This document shows, piece by piece, positions 11,523 to 22,749 of a stretch of 64,000 nucleotides of DNA. Within the stretch, counting starts at the first letter, position 1; every line of letters starts with the position of its first letter. The stretch comes from Eledone cirrhosa (taxonomy: Eukaryota). The DNA is taken from contig OZ024743.1 in NCBI GenBank assembly GCA_964016885.1, positions 378,324,001-378,388,000 on the forward strand. The letters run 5' to 3'. A program made the translations under genes and the position numbers. The notes below the pieces were generated by a model. The model ran no database searches and was not told where the DNA came from. It worked only from the letters and a program-made list of their open reading frames with translations.

Positions 11523-12355
11523 GTAAGATAATGAAGGTTATTGATATTTATATTGTTTTATTCATGACTGATTTGAAATTTCGGTTGCATATATGACATT
11601 TTTAAATTTATATTCAAGCATTAGAAACATCCCATTTTTTTATTTTTTATTGTACATTGGTAAACAAACATGTACAGAGAGATGTGATATTAGAGGTTAA
11701 ACTAATTTGGTGATCGAATTTTGTTGTATGCAACATCGTAATGAAATTAAATATATACTTTTTAAACATTGAACAGCCTGAAACATGCAGGAAATCTGGG
11801 TCGTTCACAACACAACGAAGTTTTTTGTCATCGTTTGCGACTCATATTACTGAAGGTGACGTTCGTGGTGGTGCTTGGTTGTTTCCAGCACCGCAGCCTC
11901 GCTGTCACGTGAGTGTTTTGAAGGACCACATCAGCATTTTTGGTTGTGTAACTGAGGGAGTTCGCATGTTTTTTTTGTTTTTTTTCTTTCTTTCTGATTA
12001 ATTTTTATTCACGTGTTTCTATTCTAAATAATATCCAATATAAAAAAAATATATGTTTAGTTAGAGCTCACTAACAATTATTATATTGTTTCCATATAAA
12101 AACACAATTTGCAACTACTATTGCTGTGTTTGTTTACATGACTAGCCTAGCCTCGGAACATGATCGCCCGTCTAACCCATGCAAGCATGGAAAATAGAGG
12201 TAAAACAGTTATTACGATGCTGTCTGGGGTAGAAATATACACTTGCAGATACAAATGCACAATGGGGCATTACATTTAAAACATCTAAACCTTCAAAAGA
12301 AAAATAAAGAAAGCTTAATATCTTTACTATATTTTTAATTTTTTATCAATTGCAG

Positions 12356-12517
12356 GTCGAATGTTTACTGTTGGTCTATTTATGGGACCGGTCACTCACT
12401 ACTGGTACACCTTCCTTGATAAAGTCTTAGTCGGAAATGCAGGTTTGACAGTATTAAAGAAGATTTGTGCCGACCAAGCTGTAGCAGCCCCATATTTCTG
12501 TACAACATTTTTAATAG
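12356..12517 (+). CDS. MPV17L2: Mpv17-like protein 2, coding exon 2
   Basis: Acceptor TTGCAG|; GRMFTVGLFMGPVTHYWYTFLDKVL...LKKICADQAVAAPYFCTTFLI(G); donor |GTATAT; phases match both neighbours. Confidence 0.9.
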
Positions 12518-12636
12518 GTATATTATTACTTTTAGAGTGCATGTCAACTAGTCTATATATAACTTCTGTCTCACTCACCGCCACTCTATAAATCTTTTCT
12601 ATAGCCTCACTTACCAGGTCTCTCTCTCTCTCTCCA

Positions 12637-12690
<54 letters not shown>

Positions 12691-12697
<7 letters not shown>

Positions 12698-13184
12698 ATA
12701 CTTTGGGAGGGTCATGTTGCCAATAAGAAACACGCACCAGTTGCTTTCACTCCAATTTATTATAAATTTAAGAATTTATAAATTTCCGGTTGGTTGGTTG
12801 GTTCCACAAACGGACGGTTGTTCATATATTGTCAAAGTTCTTTCGTCACACATTCTGTGACCTCTTCAGTGACTGGGGATTCTTTTCTTTGTTTTGTGCC
12901 TCTCCTTTGTTCTGTCCTACGCGATCTTGTTTTTGTGTGTCACACAAAAAATGTGACGAAAGAACTTTGACAATATATGAACAACCGTCCAGTTGTGGAA
13001 CCAACCAACCAACCGGAAATTTATAAATTCTTAAATTTATAAATTTAATTTATAATAAATTGGAGTGAAAGCAACTGGTGCGTGTGTTTCTTATTGGCAA
13101 CATGACCCTCCCAAAGTATAACAATATCGGTTTCAACACATGTTTTCAGATAAAGAATCTTGCTAAACAAATTCAGAAACTAAA
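12691..13184. mobile_element. Penelope-like pLTR remnant with an inverted partial pLTR, in (TA)n
   Basis: 12691-12850 is the reverse complement of about 12953-13125; contains a hammerhead motif; same family at 25232-25630 and 42037-42275. Confidence 0.7.
12831..12873 (-). ncRNA. Minimal type I hammerhead ribozyme motif
   Basis: gtca-CTGAAGA-ggtcacagaatgtgtgac-GAAAG-aa-CTT-tgac. Confidence 0.6.
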
Positions 13185-13313
13185 TATATATATATAAGTT
13201 GAAATAAAATGAAAACGAAATTTCTTTTCTCACTCTTAGTATGGCACTTACTTAAATGTAAGTATGTATGTATACGTACATACATATATGTATACAGACG
13301 TACAGTAGCATGC

Positions 13314-13358
<45 letters not shown>

Positions 13359-13597
13359 CATACAGGTACACATACATATATGCACGCATCAGTTTAGCGG
13401 ACGCTTATTATAATGCCGCTTTGTTCGTTTGTAAACAAACCGAACAGCCTGAATTTATGCCATACGGTGCCAAGGCAACCACGTCACCTTTTTGTTCAAC
13501 ACTGACACAGGAATATGCAAATTAGGCTGCTCAGCCGTTAATTTTCATAAGGAAAGTATATACTTTCGAACGTTCAACTATCTGGCAGATGGGTATA

Positions 13598-13675
13598 CGG
13601 TGCTGATGATAGCTAACAAGCTTGAAACTAGTACATATATATAAATGATGATGGATTCAGTTTGAAACTAGTTAG
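13598..13675 (+). ncRNA. Tandem minimal hammerhead-like motifs, second one degenerate
   Basis: CTGATGA-t-agct-aaca-agct-t-GAAAC-TAG-TA, then atgatga...tGAAACTAGTTA; palindromic ACTAGT stem III. Confidence 0.45.
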
Positions 13676-13713
13676 ACCATTACTCAACAGACAGAATACT
13701 TGATACTTAGTGT

Positions 13714-13860
13714 AGTGGAGTATGGTTATATCATAAAGAGTCGGGACCCAATGGCTGGGCTCTTGCTGTTTCAACAGCTAGTTCCAGCCTGGAACAAACT
13801 GTTGAAACGGCAACAGTTCACTCGTCAGGTCTTGACTCTTTAAAACATATATATTCCATT
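13714..13860. repeat. About 147-bp imperfect palindrome (MITE-like foldback)
   Basis: taaagagtcgggacc/ggtcttgactcttta, ttgctgtttcaacag/ctgttgaaacggcaa, gttccag/ctggaac. Confidence 0.65.
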
Positions 13861-14115
13861 GTCTATATATCTCTTCTACAGTTTATGTCTAACTTACTTG
13901 GTCTATATATAACTTCCATAGTCTGTGTCTTAGTCTATATTTGTCTTCTACCACTGAAGTAATACTATCAAACTACACTGCAGTATCAAACCATACTGTA
14001 TCACCACTACCACACTATACTCTAGTACTACCATCACCACTTCACTATATGCTATCACTGCCATCATCACCACCACATTAATCACCTTATTTACAATTAT
14101 GCAATCATTATACTA

Positions 14116-14167
<52 letters not shown>

Positions 14168-14171
<4 letters not shown>

Positions 14172-16287
14172 TCATCATCATCATCATCATCGTTTAACGT
14201 CCATATTCCACGCTTGCATGGGTTTGGACGGGAGTTTTCCCACTTGAGGCAAGAGTGGTTGTCTTGCTCGCATAGGACTGTCTGGCGGGTTTTCTACAGC
14301 TGGATGCCCTTCCTAACACCAACCACATTTACAGTGTGGGGCTGGGAGGTTTTTACCGTGTTGCCTACACGGCCACATTACAGCGTGGACTGTGTGTTTT
14401 TTTGTCGTGACACCTACACGATCTCATTTGTTTCGGCCTGGATGATGTGGCACCAACATAACTTTACATTGAAAGGGGCGGTGGGACGGGGGTGTATTTT
14501 GTTAGAGATGCCTACTGACTGTAGTAGGTTTTACTTTGTATTTAGGTAAGGCGGGTCTTCTCTATTACTGAGTACCGCCAAAGGTCTCTGTCCAGTGACA
14601 TTGTCTTGGAGAGGTGTAAGTGTGTGAGGTCGGAATTTATCAGCTCGTCCCAGGTTTTTCTGGGTCTGCCTACTCCGTGGCTACCGTCTATCTTTATTGC
14701 CCTGCACTTTGCTATACAGCTGTCGTCTTTCATGCGCATCACGTGACCATACCAACGTAGCCTTCTCTCGAGTAAACAACATCTGATCCCTCTTATTTCT
14801 AATTTTTTCCTTAGTTCGTTTATGCTTTGCCGTTCGCGTATATTACTATTACACATCCAACGGAGCATGCAAGCTTCGTTCCTCTCTAGTCTGCGTATAT
14901 CCTCTGCACACAATGCCCAGGTCTCACTGCCATGCAACATTGCTGTTCGTATGCAGGCATCATACAACCTGCCTTTCATTTTTAGGGAGAACCCTTTAGC
15001 GGCTAATAGTGGTATAAGCTCTCTGAACTTTTTCCATCCAGCTCTGACTCTAGCTATTGTACTTTCAGAGCACCCTCCCCCACTGCTGATTTTGTCACCC
15101 AGGTAACGGAAGCTGTCCACTATTTCTATAGAACCCTCTGCGCAGTTGAAAGAGCTAGTATTTTGTGGGCACTTGCTGCTACTTATTGCACCAGAGCACC
15201 GGCCACATGTAAAATCTGTGTTCTTAGTTAGCTTACCTGTGATCCCACTACATCTTTTATGCACCCATACTTTGCATTTGGGACATAAAATGGAGTTTCT
15301 ACCTACGCCTTTCCTACACACTGAGCATGGCCATTTCCCGGAAGGGACCGGCGCCTTATTTTCTTTCCTACAAACTAGAACTTTAGTCTTAGCCGGGTTA
15401 ATTTTAAGGCCTTTTGATTCTAGGCCGTGCTTCCATGTTTGGAATTTCTTCTCTAGCTCGGCCATTGATTCAGCTATGAGCGTTAGGTCATCTGCGTATA
15501 GGAGTTCCCATGGGCAGCCGGTCTTGAACTCCTCTGTTATAGCCTGAAGAGCAATAATAAATAGTAGGGGGCTAAGAACAGAGCCCTGATGGACACCAAC
15601 TTCTACGCTAAACTCTTCACTATATTCGTTGTTAATTCTAACCTTGCTCACTGTTTCTTTATACATGGCTTCTATAGCTCTCACAGGCCATTCGTCAACA
15701 CCTAGTTTTCTAAGAGCCCACCAGATAATGGAACGGGGGACTCTGTCGAAGGCTTTCTCCAAGTCGACAAAGGCTAAGTATAGGGGTTTACTTTTAGCTA
15801 GGTACTTCTCCTGTAGTTGTCGTACAATGAAAAGAGCGTCTGTGGTACTTTTGCCTGACACAAACCCGAACTGCATTTCATCTAGATCGATTCTCTCTCT
15901 GATTAGTTGCACTATTACTTTTTCCGTGACATTCATGACCTGGTCGATTAATTTAATGCCTCTATAGTTACTTCTATCTAGGGCGTCTCCTTTACCCTTG
16001 TAACAGTTAATGATGATGCTGCTACGCCAGTCCTTCGGAACAACCCCATTCTGTATGACTTGGTTTACTATCCGGGTGACCATGGTGTGTCCCACCGTTC
16101 CAGAGGCCTTCAGCATCTCAGCAACTATTTCCGAAGGCCCAGCCGCCTTACCCGTCTTCATATCTTTGATTGCCTTACTTATTATACTACCTTCAACTAA
16201 CACTGCTGATCCCTCTATTGGATCGATCTGGGGGAGACTATCCTTCTCCCATTTATTCTCCTCATTTAGTAGCCTCTCGTAGTGACA
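14168..16287 (-). mobile_element. RTE LINE family A, 5'-truncated copy
   Basis: ORF 14542-16299 with RT (FVDLEKAFD, HQGSVLSP, YADD) and PHD finger; (GAT)n tail abutting (TA)n. Confidence 0.95.
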
Positions 16288-16700
16288 TGACAAACTCACT
16301 TACTTTAATCTCAGTAAAATGCTTTTAATTAAGCATAAAGTGTATTGCAAAATACATTATATATACATTCATATATATATTGCTATTTCAGAGCTCCAAT
16401 TCTAATTTTTAATTTCTGCCTGACCGGCAACCGCTCTGTATAATCAGTTCCTGATTATTTACTTGAATTCTATAAGAATATAACATCAGTGATCTCAGTA
16501 GACAGGAGGGAGTAGTTAGCCTTGATAAGCATCAATAAATGCGAAACAAGGCCTTGTCGGCTTATCTCCCCTTGTTTGCTGAGATTAAAGTAAGTGAGTT
16601 TGTCACTACTCTAAAACAATAGCATACGGTCTTCAAAATGCTTTTAATTAAGCATAAAGTGTATTGCAAAATACATTATATATACATTCATATATATATA
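16288..16700 (+). mobile_element. Penelope-like pLTR remnant with inverted and direct terminal repeats
   Basis: 27-bp inverted repeat 16288-16314 / about 16579-16605; about 64-bp direct repeat 16316-16380 / 16635-16700; hammerhead motif inside. Confidence 0.55.
16518..16562 (+). ncRNA. Type I hammerhead ribozyme motif, variant core
   Basis: agcc-TTGATAA-gcat-caataa-atgc-GAAAC-aaggcctt-GTC-ggct; stems I and II pair fully, stem III is palindromic. Confidence 0.65.
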
Positions 16701-16753
16701 TATATGTATGTATATATATATATGTGCCCCCCCCCCCCCCCCCTCGCTCTCTC

Positions 16754-16823
<70 letters not shown>

Positions 16824-17160
16824 AGGAATTCACTTCGCCAAATTTCATTGCTTGCTGTCCACCCACGATATTCATGTAAACGTAATGTACAGACTTCATT
16901 TCTCTCCCTCCACAAATCTTAATTCTAGCGTATTTTCAAAACAATCCATATTTCGTATCAAGTCCAAATAGCCAATCTATCGCTAAAACAAACTACATTT
17001 TCTGTTTCTATTAATTGTTAAATACGTAAGTTTTTGGGCGTATTTAACAGAACAAATTTTGTATTTTTGTTAATCGCTTGTTAAATGCAAGGACCCCATT
17101 CAATCATTACCTTCTTGCTAGCTACCCAACACCCCTCCCACCCCCACGCACCACCATTGC

Positions 17161-17240
17161 TATTACGTGGACCAATCATAAAACAGAGCCCCCACGCATC
17201 ACCAGTATTATTACGCGGACCAATCAGAAACCAGAGGCCT
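17161..17240 (+). promoter_or_regulatory. Tandem about 48-bp CCAAT-box monomers, putative internal promoter of RTE-A
   Basis: TTACG(T/C)GGACCAATCA repeated twice; also at about 26013-26140 and 35432-35512. Confidence 0.5.
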
Positions 17241-17352
17241 ATACTATCGCTTGCCTGGTTGCCTTTCGATATACGATATATGATGGATGGATGGACTGCG
17301 GAATCCTGGAGAGTGGAGGTGAGAGAGAGAAAAATCTGGACGCTCAGCGACA

Positions 17353-20300
17353 ATGCCAAAGATAAAGACAAATTCACCTCTTGGACGAGAATGCGAGCAC
17401 TCCTCATTGTTTCGACCGCGGACGGCTAACATAACCCCATCGCCCCCCGCCCCTCACCGCCCCCAACCCCCAAACGCAATCCAAAACTTCAGAGTTGGTA
17501 CCATAAATGTAGGTACCCTAAAGGGTCGCGCTAACGAGGTTGTAGAAATGCTTGAACGTAAGGAGGTCGATGTTTGTTGTATTCAAGAGACCAGGTGGAG
17601 GGGTGGGTCTGCTAGGTTCATTGAGGGTAAAAAACGATGTTATAAGCTTTTCTGGGTGGGAAACGACGATGGGCTGGGTGGAGTAGGAATCATGGTAGCA
17701 GAAAAGTGGGCAGATAAGATAATAGACGTAAATAGAGTGAACGACAGAATAATTAAAATACGACTTGTCCTCAATAGAACTACGGTGACAGTAATATCTG
17801 CGTACGCACCCCAATCCGGACTGCCCGGCACTATAAAAGACAGATTCTATGAGACACTGATGCTAACTACCTCCCAAATATCCGACAGTGACTATATAAT
17901 TATCGCAGGCGACCTAAATGGTCACGTTGGACAACATTGTGACGGCTACGACGAAATCCATGGAGGCTATGGGTTTGGTACTAGAAATGAGGAAGGCTCC
18001 AGAATCCTGGAATTCTGTGATGCAAATAACCTAACTATCTGTAACACTAACTTCAAAAAACGTGACAATCACCTGATCACCTATAGATCCGGGGAACACA
18101 CAAGCCAGGTAGATTATATCCTTACCAGAAGACGTGACAGAGTGTCTGTTGTTAACACTAAATCCCTCCCCCATGAAGAATGCACCTCCCAACATAGACT
18201 GATAATTAGCGACCTCATAGTCAGGACGAGACGTACTCGACAACAGAAGAGGACTATCCTCAGGAGGAAAATATGGAAGCTAAAGGACCCCACAGCCAGG
18301 AATAAATTTCAAAGCATATTACTTGATGCTTTCGACAGTAAGGAAGAACATTTAGAGTCGGACAATATAGAGGGAGAGTGGGAATTTCTGAAAGCAAACC
18401 TGCTGTTGGCGACAGACGAGGTCTGTGGCTGGAGCAGGCCTGTAGGCAGGAGGAGAGTAACATGGTGGTGGAACAGTAAGGTGGAGGGGTCAATTAAGGC
18501 CAAAAAGCAGGCTTGGAAAGTATGGCGGGATGGGGGAAGTAGAGAGGACTATCAAGTGGCCAGGAGGGAAGCTAGGAGACAAGTGTACTTAGCAAGAAGG
18601 GAAGCTGAGGAAAGAAAGTTCAAGCATGTTCTACAACGCGATGACCAAAAACGTGAGGTGTTCAGGATTGCTAGGCAATGCGTCAAGGAAAACCGTGATA
18701 TTGTCGGGGAGAAGTGTGTACTAAACGACGATGGCACACTTGCCATCACCGACGCTGATAAGAAGGTAGCTTGGAAGTGTCACTATGAAAGGCTACTAAA
18801 TGAGGAGAATAATTGGGAGAAAGGCAGTCTCCCCCATATCGACCCAATAGAGGGACCAGCAGTGTTAGTCGAGGGGAGTATAATAAGTAAGGCAATCAAG
18901 GATATGAAGACGGGTAAGGCGGCTGGGCCTTCGGAAATAGTTGCTGAGATGCTGAAGGCATCTGGCACGGTGGGACACACCATGGTCACCCGCATAGTTA
19001 ACCAAGTCGTACAGAATGGGGTTGTTCCGAAGGACTGGCATAGCAGCATCATCGTTAACTGTTATAAGGGTAAAGGAGACGCCCTAGATAGGAGTAACTA
19101 TAGAGGCATTAAATTAATCGACCAGGTCATGAAGGTCACGGAAAAAGTAATAGCGCAACTAATCAGAGAGAGAATTGACCTAGATGAAATGCAGTTCGGG
19201 TTTGTGTCAGGCAAAAGTACCATAGACGCTCTTTTCATAGTACGACAACTACAGGAGAAGTACCTAGCTAAAGGTAAACCCCTCTACTTAGCTTTTGTCG
19301 ACTTGGAGAAAGCCTTCGACAGAGTCCCCCGCTCCATTATCTGGTGGGCTCTTAGAAAACTAGGCGTTGACGAATGGCTTGTGAGGGCTATACAAGCCAT
19401 GTATAAAGAAACAGTCAGCAAGGTTAGAATTAACAACGAATACAGTGAAGAGTTTAGCGTAAAAGTTGGCGTCCATCAGGGCTCTGTTCTCAGCCCACTA
19501 CTATTTATTATTGCCCTTCAGGCTATAACAGAGGAGTTCAAGACAGGCTGCCCATGGGAACTCCTATACGCAGACGACCTGACACTCATAGCGGAATCAA
19601 TGGCCGAGCTAGAGAAGAAATTCCAAACATGGAAGCACGGCCTAGAGTCAAAAGGACTTAAAATTAACCTGGCTAAGACCAAAGTACTAGTTTGTAGGAA
19701 AGAAAACAAGGCGGCAGTCCCATCTGGGAAATGGTCGTGCTCGGTGTGTAGGAAAGGCGTAGGTAGAAACTCCATTTTATGTCCTAAATGCAAAGTATGG
19801 GTGCATAAAAGATGTAGTGGGATCACAGGTAAGCTAACTAAGAACATAGATTTTACATGTGGCCGGTGCTCTGGTGCAATAAGTAGCAGCAAGTGCCCAC
19901 AAACTACTAGCTCTTTCAATTGCGCAGAGGGTTCTATAGAAATAGTGGACAGCTTCCGTTACCTGGGCGATAAAATCAGCAGTGGGGGAGGGTGCTCTGA
20001 AAGTACTGTAGCTAGAGTCAGAACTGGTTGGAAAAAGTTCAGAGAGCTTATACCACTATTAGCTGCTAAAGGGTTCTCACTAAAAATGAAAGGCAGGTTG
20101 TACGATGCCTGCATACGAACAGCAATGCTGCATGGCAGTGAGACCTGGGCATTGTGTGCAGAGGATATACGCAGACTAGAGAGGAACGAAGCTTGCATGC
20201 TCCGCTGGATGTGTAACAGTAATATACGTGAACGGCAAAGCATAAACGAACTAAGGAAAAAATTAGAGATAAGAGGGATCAGATGTTGTTTACTCGAGAG

Positions 20301-20523
20301 AAGGCTACGTTGGTATGGACACGTGATGCGCATGAAAGTCGATAGCTGTATAACAAAGTGCAGGGCAATAAAGATAGACGGTAGTCACGGAATAGGCAGA
20401 CCTAGAAAAATCTGGGACGAGCTGATAAACTCCGACATCACACACTTACACCTCTCCAAGACAATGTCACTGGACCGAGACCTTTGGCGGTACTCAGTAA
20501 CAGAGAAGACCCGCCTTACCTAA
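17353..20523 (+). CDS. RTE polyprotein: APE endonuclease, reverse transcriptase and PHD finger (1056 aa, intact)
   Basis: GTINVGTL, CIQETRW, SAYAPQ, AGDLNGHVG, SQVDYIL, SQHRL (APE); FVDLEKAFD, HQGSVLSP, YADD (RT); C4HC3 finger. Confidence 0.95.
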   Translation: MPKIKTNSPLGRECEHSSLFRPRTANITPSPPAPHRPQPPNAIQNFRVGTINVGTLKGRANEVVEMLERKEVDVCCIQETRWRGGSARFIEGKKRCYKLFWVGNDDGLGGVGIMVAEKWADKIIDVNRVNDRIIKIRLVLNRTTVTVISAYAPQSGLPGTIKDRFYETLMLTTSQISDSDYIIIAGDLNGHVGQHCDGYDEIHGGYGFGTRNEEGSRILEFCDANNLTICNTNFKKRDNHLITYRSGEHTSQVDYILTRRRDRVSVVNTKSLPHEECTSQHRLIISDLIVRTRRTRQQKRTILRRKIWKLKDPTARNKFQSILLDAFDSKEEHLESDNIEGEWEFLKANLLLATDEVCGWSRPVGRRRVTWWWNSKVEGSIKAKKQAWKVWRDGGSREDYQVARREARRQVYLARREAEERKFKHVLQRDDQKREVFRIARQCVKENRDIVGEKCVLNDDGTLAITDADKKVAWKCHYERLLNEENNWEKGSLPHIDPIEGPAVLVEGSIISKAIKDMKTGKAAGPSEIVAEMLKASGTVGHTMVTRIVNQVVQNGVVPKDWHSSIIVNCYKGKGDALDRSNYRGIKLIDQVMKVTEKVIAQLIRERIDLDEMQFGFVSGKSTIDALFIVRQLQEKYLAKGKPLYLAFVDLEKAFDRVPRSIIWWALRKLGVDEWLVRAIQAMYKETVSKVRINNEYSEEFSVKVGVHQGSVLSPLLFIIALQAITEEFKTGCPWELLYADDLTLIAESMAELEKKFQTWKHGLESKGLKINLAKTKVLVCRKENKAAVPSGKWSCSVCRKGVGRNSILCPKCKVWVHKRCSGITGKLTKNIDFTCGRCSGAISSSKCPQTTSSFNCAEGSIEIVDSFRYLGDKISSGGGCSESTVARVRTGWKKFRELIPLLAAKGFSLKMKGRLYDACIRTAMLHGSETWALCAEDIRRLERNEACMLRWMCNSNIRERQSINELRKKLEIRGIRCCLLERRLRWYGHVMRMKVDSCITKCRAIKIDGSHGIGRPRKIWDELINSDITHLHLSKTMSLDRDLWRYSVTEKTRLT

Positions 20524-21236
20524 ATATATAGTAAAACCTACTCCAGCCAGTAGGCATCTCTAACAAAATACACCCCGTCCCACCACCACCACCCCCACCC
20601 GATCCACACCACCCCGTTCTATGTAAAGTTATGTTGGTGCCGCGCCATCGAGGCCGAAACAAATGAGATCGTGTAGGTGTCACGACAAAAAAACACACAG
20701 TCCACGCTGTAATGTGGCCGTGTAGGCAACACGGTAAAAACCTCCCAGACCCACACTGTAAATGTGGTTGGTGTTAGGAAGGGCATCCAACTGTAGAAAA
20801 CCTGCCAGACAGTCCTATGCGAGCAAGACAATCACTCTTGCCTCAAGTGGGACTACCCCCGTCCAAACCCATGCAAGCGTGGAACACGGACGTTAAACGT
20901 TGATGATGATGATGATGATGATGATATATATGTATGTATATATAAATGAAAGGTATAGAAAACACTGCAGCGAAAAGCCAACAGCACTTCATAATATATA
21001 AGCGACTATATGTATGTATATATGTATGTATATAGTATTAAGGATACTATTTATGGTTATGTATATACTAAAACTTTTTATAGTTATATATATTTTAAAC
21101 CCTAAATAGTGAAAGACAGTAATTTATTACTATCTTATTACCAGTAAGATAAATAGCTCAATGTAACAACATCAGTTGTTTTACAGAGCAGTTATATAGA
21201 AATTACATGAATCAAAGTTCTGTTTGAATCATTTAT

Positions 21237-21285
21237 TTGCTTACAATTGTTTCTTCCAAACCGAGGTTTGGAGTCTTCGGAGCAA
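21237..21285 (-). ncRNA. Hammerhead motif in the 3' pLTR
   Basis: ttgct-CCGAAGA-c-tccaaac-ctcg-gtttgga-a-GAAAC-aatt-GTA-agcaa. Confidence 0.6.
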
Positions 21286-22749
21286 TTATTCAGTGATTTT
21301 TTTACATACTTGACCTCCTTTTTAACACAAGAGACATATAGAAACATGTATATATTGACCCACAGTGGGTTGACATCCATTATAATAATATAGCATGGCA
21401 ATTTACATACAAAGATTACAGTCATATTAAAGTTAAAATTAAAATAAAACATTGGCAGTTTACGAAGATAAAGCAAGAGGAAAGTTTGGAGTAGCCAGTG
21501 TATGCAACAGTCACACGTGAGGCATGCACGCGTGTCCTATTTATACAAGATTATAGTGCGGCAGATTGTTACATGTAAAACAAGCAGTCAAAGCAGGCAA
21601 TCAAGAGCATCATGGGGGCTGTACTGGTAAAGCATTTTTCACACACACCTGTATGATATAGAAGCCCGTGTGTAGAGAAACACCAAAAATATCAAAAATA
21701 TTACAAATGAGAAGCAAAACAGCACCACTGTCCTCGCACACACCACCACTCTCACAATCCAGGAAACACAATTAATAGACTACATGTCCATCTCACAATC
21801 CACGATGATTCAACGTTGGGTGCCTGGTGAACCATGTTAGAACATCACAGCTTGTCGGTCTCTAGTTCGATTCTATAGAGTAGGTTGTTTTTGTTGTGAG
21901 AGTTGTCATCGTATTATATTCCGGAAGTGTGTGTGTTATTAAGGGGAGTTAATGCGTAAGGGGAGGTAACTAGCTGATTTCTATAGCTAAATTTATTATC
22001 CTCAAGTACATTAATGGTGTCTCAAATGAGCCCCTATCATATAAGGTTATAAACAATTTCTAAATTTAAGTATCTTATCTATAAATTACAGTGTAGTCTA
22101 TCAAGAAGTACTAAAGGTGTTCATATTAGGATGATTACCTTCTATCATAGAGTGCCACAACCGAATATTCTACATGAAGAGTCAGATCTCCAAATCAATG
22201 ATCTTTGTAAGTGTAGTCCACCCGCAGAACCTGGCAGGGTCTTATTAGAATCACTTCTATATATGACTCCTGGTAAGCTCTGGGTCATTGCATGTCTGAT
22301 TGCATGGCAAAGTTAAATATCACTAGGGTAGTCCAGAGATCAATTCTCACTTACAAAGAGACCAATCTGACCATCAAGTCATACATGTATTTATAACTCA
22401 TACATCACCTGTACATAATTCATTGCACTCAGCATATAGATTATATAGCTCTTTTATGTTAATAAATTAATTACTTAATCTTCCATTTATCCAATGAGGG
22501 CTCTCTATACACAGGACACTGTTAGCACAACCAATTCCGTGCTTAAAGTTTACATTAATTATATATTGGTGTAATGTAGTCTAAGTAATTGAAGGCCAAT
22601 ATACCAAAAGCAGAAGTACATGGGGATATCTCTAGGTTAAAAGGTACTAGGAGGATGTCACTATTTGTGTTAAAGTGGATTAATGGGTGTGGAGATGAGG
22701 TGTAAGGTGTGCCCCTGATGTTTGTTGCTAGAGGTGGTGACGGGTTCAA

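Larger units (their letters stand above)
16726..20925 (+). mobile_element. RTE LINE family A, apparently full-length copy
   Basis: 5' UTR with CCAAT monomers, uninterrupted ORF, about 380-nt 3' UTR and (GAT)n tail; 5' boundary approximate. Confidence 0.93.

Noticed and set aside
17373-17435. HDV-like ribozyme at the RTE-A ORF start (TTCACCTC(G/T)TGGA...GGCTAAC)
   Set aside because: No P1 partner or P1.1 GG could be found.
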